DNA of 64,000 nucleotides from Alphaproteobacteria bacterium (GTDB lineage Bacteria; Pseudomonadota; Alphaproteobacteria; JAPOUT01; G958296285): NCBI GenBank assembly GCA_965212115.1, contig CBDBUR010000002.1, positions 1,025,948 to 1,089,947 of the forward strand, read 5' to 3'. Shown piece by piece: positions 63,801 to 64,000 of this stretch (position 1 is its first letter; each line of letters starts with the position of its first letter). The notes under the pieces were generated by a model. It saw only the letters and a program-made list of their open reading frames with translations, ran no database searches and was not told where the DNA came from. The position numbers and the translations under genes were made by a program.

Positions 63801-64000
63801 TCATTTCTTATGGGGGGACTGAATCGCAATTGCAGGTTGACTGGGCTGCGTCGCTTCTGAGCGATGTTATTGAACAGTTGGACGGCACCAGCTTAGAGAT
63901 CAACGCTATGTTTGGCCCTAACAATGACGATTTGAGAATCTTAGATGACATCGGAGTGATCCGCGCTAGAATTCGTCTTGTATTGAATGCGGGCACGGGG
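48899..64000 (+). CDS. Giant TpsA-type exoprotein of the filamentous hemagglutinin family, truncated by the window end
   Basis: The frame beginning at GTG 48899 (in-frame TAA at 48893) stays open to position 64000. No + strand ORF in the track interrupts it. The N-terminus reads like a TPS (hemagglutination-activity) domain: '...ITQGQGRIEQIGSHTDIRQNSDFLATQWQNFDIGANESAQAHQPSASSRLLIRVDGAGATNIAGSYTSNGITIIENQNGVQFSRGAVVNVGG...'. The rest is Ala/Thr/Gly/Ser/Asn-rich beta-helix repeat sequence (e.g. 'ITAPTVQITAANIDTSNRDLTITADTGSLTLNADVNTGTG'). Confidence 0.85.
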   Translation, partial: MNKKGVSCVLRNYRARLSARFFAVFVGISALTVGSIAAAGPQGGRITQGQGRIEQIGSHTDIRQNSDFLATQWQNFDIGANESAQAHQPSASSRLLIRVDGAGATNIAGSYTSNGITIIENQNGVQFSRGAVVNVGGLLATSARISGVAGSKWTLDGIGGAVVNHGTITAGAGGAVLAAVRVENTGEITSNGGDVALGAGEAFTVDFAGGLVGFEVKKGAAGAALVNEGRVEAQGGVVKLTAQEAQAVRANVVSVGGVVKATKLERRGGVVYLSGGGEGINEVSGAVEADEKVEATGKYVVVKSGAQVKAPEILVGGDYQGKGPVPTALRTFVEPDALLDAGDKGRVIVWADETTWFHGRLSAPGGFAEVSGKVNLAAVNLAGIDVGTLLLDPSTITITNAGGGVVSVGGPDNIFNTGEGNNVLVASDTISTVPLMISNSSFNDLAEGTTVILAAVQSILVTAPISTTNNINLTLIAESSPSTNNIELRANINIGSGTLTLSSGVINAFGARTLTAGVINIEFTRASSVDIASGFNNTFASLTFANTVVPTYTFQPLRCVSGTACNLTVSVGQTIAATLDAGTAAITIAAGSLALTSASFVDADGGTDGPISISGAGVSITAGSIDTEGRNLTINASTGSLTLTLASIGVGEGDLSMTANDISATTLALTAASIAITLTDDSDINVGLGGVTYDGDTSPTITLPRTITLSRNNSIIINAPGANVEFDSSGDITIGRNNFTGIDKVEITATSLLTQGRNLTIATTRGVVNSIVLNADINTTASSGTARGDMLFSTRNLSIAGSAAGETRNLVADDITFNLGLGINNGTFDASTSTFTESSTEFNGIGPEDDVLVDNTNFNVDASGTLLSITTAFGLNFNAGDFTAEAGKIQLARRTRTGDSVLLQLSATNITLRSNAEDDANKLIEVGFADDNNVFTRNNSEDDNVDLQIVAFSGGVITLGANINAGTGDIELGELDGTGIEIISDDGLALTLTAGNITIHNSFEAGLGTVGGAGTALTINATDILTLREDISTGLSRIDLNIGGISAFGSRTIDVHRADGTINLVFTSQATLSAADPNTNISNIRFRRGAAADSLTSINVTPTYPDPFRACTAQAGGAAACALRSLVGAGLQAVRTLSATVSIQINVDGDLTFAAGTGAITITAPTVQITAANIDTSNRDLTITADTGSLTLNADVNTGTGALALTSALIQIAGTTGTERVLMSTAGDITITSAANVLSGTFDGTDFTQADVPVSITATTSGNLNLNADINLGKGSTLTLEGMQIVPMKSLKLTSGDMELTGVVMSANDVSFTIDAGSDEEGLLTLNNDISLAAGGLSVRAGTIDVTTAITVTVASKDRVSFTFTNEDVRTFSDLPTYPGNVTFVATNGDMIAAGLITMFDNEPLTECSSTPATCTLMSSGDDEDFEAAAALTASASLTIMVPGGILTFAAGEIVLDAPTITITATSIDLNGRALKVIVSGGTLTLTANIVDAGAINVGITDGGGNAAIAFMGANRSITGMSDIAVSISASSITTNGNNNLTIQTSGSGDFDLTISANINAGTGALRLISTGGEIVNGGTAPMLTAAGTTLEQKALFGATAAFVFEAATTGLTLKTGSISAGAGANQDVLDWMLGFSRGLTLEATGGSITIATAITFGEETNVQPRDVGDSNLRFVVSADDSSLILNADIRTGGTLTLEGPTGTSTIGEEGGIILGSSLTLLRGDKNVSLTVVGDGNIAVASGNVDLLINATIFSSSSVEISVEDGNFDVGTGGSLELRSTSDISITRTGADAGSLVPFVAASFTFRKFSPFDNNPLVAFPATFTSLTIATSQNADQTVHNWMINTNANLTIRGNGNTIVDAAIISTGASARSIGSGSLDFQGSNIILNADITTTGAITLNSATIEFDAARTLTGGAVSLGGAIDESVGNFALTVNASAALTINNNINTGSGDLNLTGTTISFDEARTLTGGAVTLSGVINESVANRSLTITAGGLLTLNSTINLGNGALTATAATISAPNAATTVRANAATFTFTEAAATAFNTSNLSFNGVTPTYTLPRTLNAIEEINLPGGVITFAGSSGPIALSNTTSSLVIAAASINTQGDDVAISVSGASNNLTLIANIDARTTPDSGLGGGNITLASPNARVQFGGAASTTRNLWGENISITSSSSLQAKVYDGTTPGSDDINLTMMAGDSDSGILLLNIGGLGINGGDVSLKGYTIQFATATSADDTSIALRGQNITIDSDNAADDAIQVGVIRGSVFAKNDSASANVDLNIAAVDSGKIVLGASIDAGDGDVVFPTDAAVGSMAGPLELTTSSVKLTGSAIGLSNVQTTVADTVLTLDGGTVSFSGGQINLVAGGATNSALIVSAEMISLPGSPTITANRAEITFTSGSTASFDFSRATFITATPSYILPATLTQTTGSITIDLPGGEVAFSGTGDIAISAPTVSVTASVLDAVARNLSITSSAAVLTLGADLITSGNLTLAGDTIAFMGGARTISGNDIALTGAASATDDLTITATGLLTLNDNITLSTGNLSVSTGTISVPSAITVTAAFAANITLFEFTGEVFSPSNVPDFDNINFVDTSSNPLTITPTFTQTLFTDCTDTSQAATCLIRSDQDGADFEAGPSLTATASLTISAPGGTLTFSGTGDIAITAPSLSITAATIDTEGRKLTISGGGTALTLAVGSIDAIMEAADGNPEVAGDIIFPSVDAALMASLTLSGNNITLPGFNEAFSDRDDITIIARETVTLQRDMAFGGGVTPGFTFRDIANATVNTLRISGNGIRFGLTSDSEILSSADLATVLADARIQVVDREGNQVLNIDGSSGIVLFSGNFGSPLTECAIAACVLRTGGSGDLEGVNPTLGADDSITIDAPGGVLTFADFSGGTTEITITSPIVMITASSIDTAGRPLSITAASGTITLNTNIAADAGNLTLTADNIILGGGSRSLSGNVVTIGITSATGEITLAGTTNNLTIEARGNLMLDTPALTVGGRLFLTAGRGGDSSGVISFANSLNAGAKPSITATATTSRATPAITLEQDEEYFAADDAGDATNRGPAIFNTTPEGIFAGPTVPADTDRLWINIDTSTFSRTFGSGVGYAILNADLTGASGTGEITARVRLTFDAGTGVLSFAADVTDTAIRLAAPIISITAGSFDLGSKTLIITTEGGDLELTGDSTNGFSFMSTATAPATGHVLVIDTGALIVTGTPATPLFDVRSLSVTQTAAFADASPFRFTNVTGLTLMTAADQTIASWMIASGRDLSVASTSGDVIVAAEITSAAIGAGDLTLIAPESSSQVQISASITTGGDLIVRGGGGVLFDDDDSLASTALVLTLTGASLIFGGDITADDGVDIALMATGAGSAGNITFESDVSSIMVSGDGVGGTFTVDANAIITTFNATTLVSATIDLTQAAPFVTRLFIFSTAIVNQLTLATTTTAIQQVRAWMHDTAGNWGFALTVSAGAIRVGDLNTGTNDLVLSANRIRIEVLGSLSNPTELSGNNVVLSAPGGIEAGSLSLSATPDDIRISSSATVSGTSLQISGDINLGTNASSTLTLSGMSFGGDASSALTTSGSVTFNLRSTTSAFDATAPYNVDAVATALNLIVNNDAATPQPLQSWMTDFATANKTLSLTSASGTIDIDADISISGSLTINAHTLDTSDRDLSISAANIDIEITTGEVVLGANDLTVAASGTLRFVVTGGLSAVDVSDAVTANTISLTAGSGAIDGSGTLEVQTIALIQENTFVATAPFTFDADVAALALTVTRSSSATQPLQTWMETSDRSLSLTFTNGIIEFRRVLDFGTAGDLALSATQIRIGSVPATPITVVANNISLTATRNDSGIEAFASSGNFLNARFNMTITAQRNLMLVGDFTVARGTNNVFTLEAGAGAGVTDGAITTTGSSEVDTTNLRLVQDAAFADNLFTITVNNGEYREPLSSTLELDTKAAQVIHGWMLFPGINLDLTSTAEIIIRRNIDLVRNLADGIGGTDNRRSNLALSGTEIQIERDASAARFIEANNISLTASAAAGIRIGTFSGDTFTPAVAADAFALAIRADGNLTLATPSLNVGGGALTLVAGNDVDLLSTVSPNVDADIDFGTLPDITASSVALRKGGAVFGSSPPATFQDADGTALSEGMITARYTGDAAAQTDENWFTIAFISNPFVMTPGGTDDLAVSGVIQRSAAITIDIGTGTLTFNGSGGIILQGTAIAITAGSIDLEGRALTITATGTLMITANIANAQMIEVVGATTLSFLGATRTITGMTGDIDVVLNVSAITLPDDGTLTVSSQGGLEIGGDITIGGAGALTLTADSNDNATDGAITNGGGAGTLSAASVTLTHDVGFGTGLFALPAAVTSLALTANGSTTQFVQTWMLNDSATSSAANNRGFTFTATSAQISVGLDIAAGTAALVLNGTDLAFGTDRSLSGSNITLSGAMTATNSLTVAASGNLMIGGNITLAANSDGDATTLTLNAGVGGTGTVSETVSGSPTLTAGTVTIDHDGAFPFDLFATASAVGMWDLASSGSNSFAIYNWMFGVGESLKLNIPNGPLTIGVSRITNVDVGSAGTIDLNASAITINDNSPSTTATITLRGGTITLRSGVGLSNIASGSESLAVVAQNVLTLAASFIDLRSGTLSLTGSTIVNDSGSALALTAAIVNLTQTSTTATAVFASDIFTLADAVNELNITLSAASTQSETATQILHPWMLQQGGSDDAGRDVTLTATDAVIQVARTFTISDLNLSGASITTDATARTVTAGTITLDGPVEPGSALTLAATGTSNGALTLGSRTTAITSSNDLTLSTNGTISFAASSLEIVGDNISLNGEIPVTTSGALAAARVITGTASNPALTITALHDVRINIHINIGGGALEITAGNQAGDGTGSTSETGLIEFRNGDTVTTVTNTPLPPAINITMGSVVLVQDGALFVNDRPALFFDSNFDPANAIESTGNPDQIIISYGGTESQLQVDWAASLLSDVIEQLDGTSLEINAMFGPNNDDLRILDDIGVIRARIRLVLNAGTG
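54611..54946 (+). repeat. Head-to-tail tandem duplication (2 x 168 bp, 56-aa unit) inside the giant exoprotein gene
   Basis: 54611-54778 and 54779-54946 align at DNA level (e.g. 'cgcacgctcacgggcggcgcggtttctctcggcggcgctatcgatgaatc' against 'cgcacactcacgggcggcgcggttactctctccggcgttatcaatgaatc'). They encode 'IEFDAARTLTGGAVSLGGAIDESV...' and 'ISFDEARTLTGGAVTLSGVINESV...'. Confidence 0.8.

Noticed and set aside
49001-63996. About 40 minus-strand ORFs of 60-390 aa in the supplied track across 49-64 kb (e.g. 59764..60930, 55666..56658, 61468..62421).
   Set aside because: They are all antisense to one continuous + strand reading frame whose translation is a coherent TPS/beta-helix protein. Their translations are low-complexity A/V/S/P/L strings, as expected from the reverse complement of a GC-rich Ala/Thr/Gly gene. 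No SDs or starts support them.

Overview
This window looks like an alphaproteobacterial chromosomal segment with moderately high GC. Positions 1 to about 35,000 are a dense, conserved housekeeping block. acnA sits divergent to the cytochrome c maturation genes ccmA, ccmB, ccmC, ccmD and ccmG. Next come an MtaB-like radical-SAM methylthiotransferase and dapF. The ribosomal block rpsP-trmD-rplS follows, with rimM missing between rpsP and trmD. After that are leuC-leuD-leuB-asd, a LMW phosphotyrosine phosphatase and a pterin-4a-carbinolamine dehydratase. A mdh-sucC-sucD-sucA-sucB-lpdA TCA supercluster follows, then a XerC/D-type recombinase, a transaldolase/Fsa-family gene, priA, atpHAGDC, rppH, ctpA and an EnvC-like M23 protein. 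From about 35 kb onward the character becomes accessory-like. It holds a DhlA-type haloalkane dehalogenase, an HD-domain protein, a VOC/glyoxalase, a UDG-superfamily (hypoxanthine/deoxyinosine glycosylase-like) enzyme, a crotonase and a type I Baeyer-Villiger monooxygenase. A translationally coupled operon then encodes an acyl-CoA dehydrogenase, a MaoC-like hydratase and a CitE-like lyase. It is followed by a GST-like gene, a membrane-anchored MBL hydrolase, an SDR, a large DsbD/ScsB-type transmembrane disulfide reductase and an exported DUF547 protein. Finally, a single uninterrupted + strand ORF runs from about 48,899 to the window end (at least 5,030 codons, still open). It begins with a two-partner-secretion (TPS) domain and encodes a filamentous-hemagglutinin-like giant beta-helical exoprotein with conspicuous higher-order repeat architecture. 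Every minus-strand ORF in the supplied track between 49 kb and 64 kb is an antisense artefact of this gene. I recognised no tRNA or rRNA genes, CRISPR arrays or IS elements.
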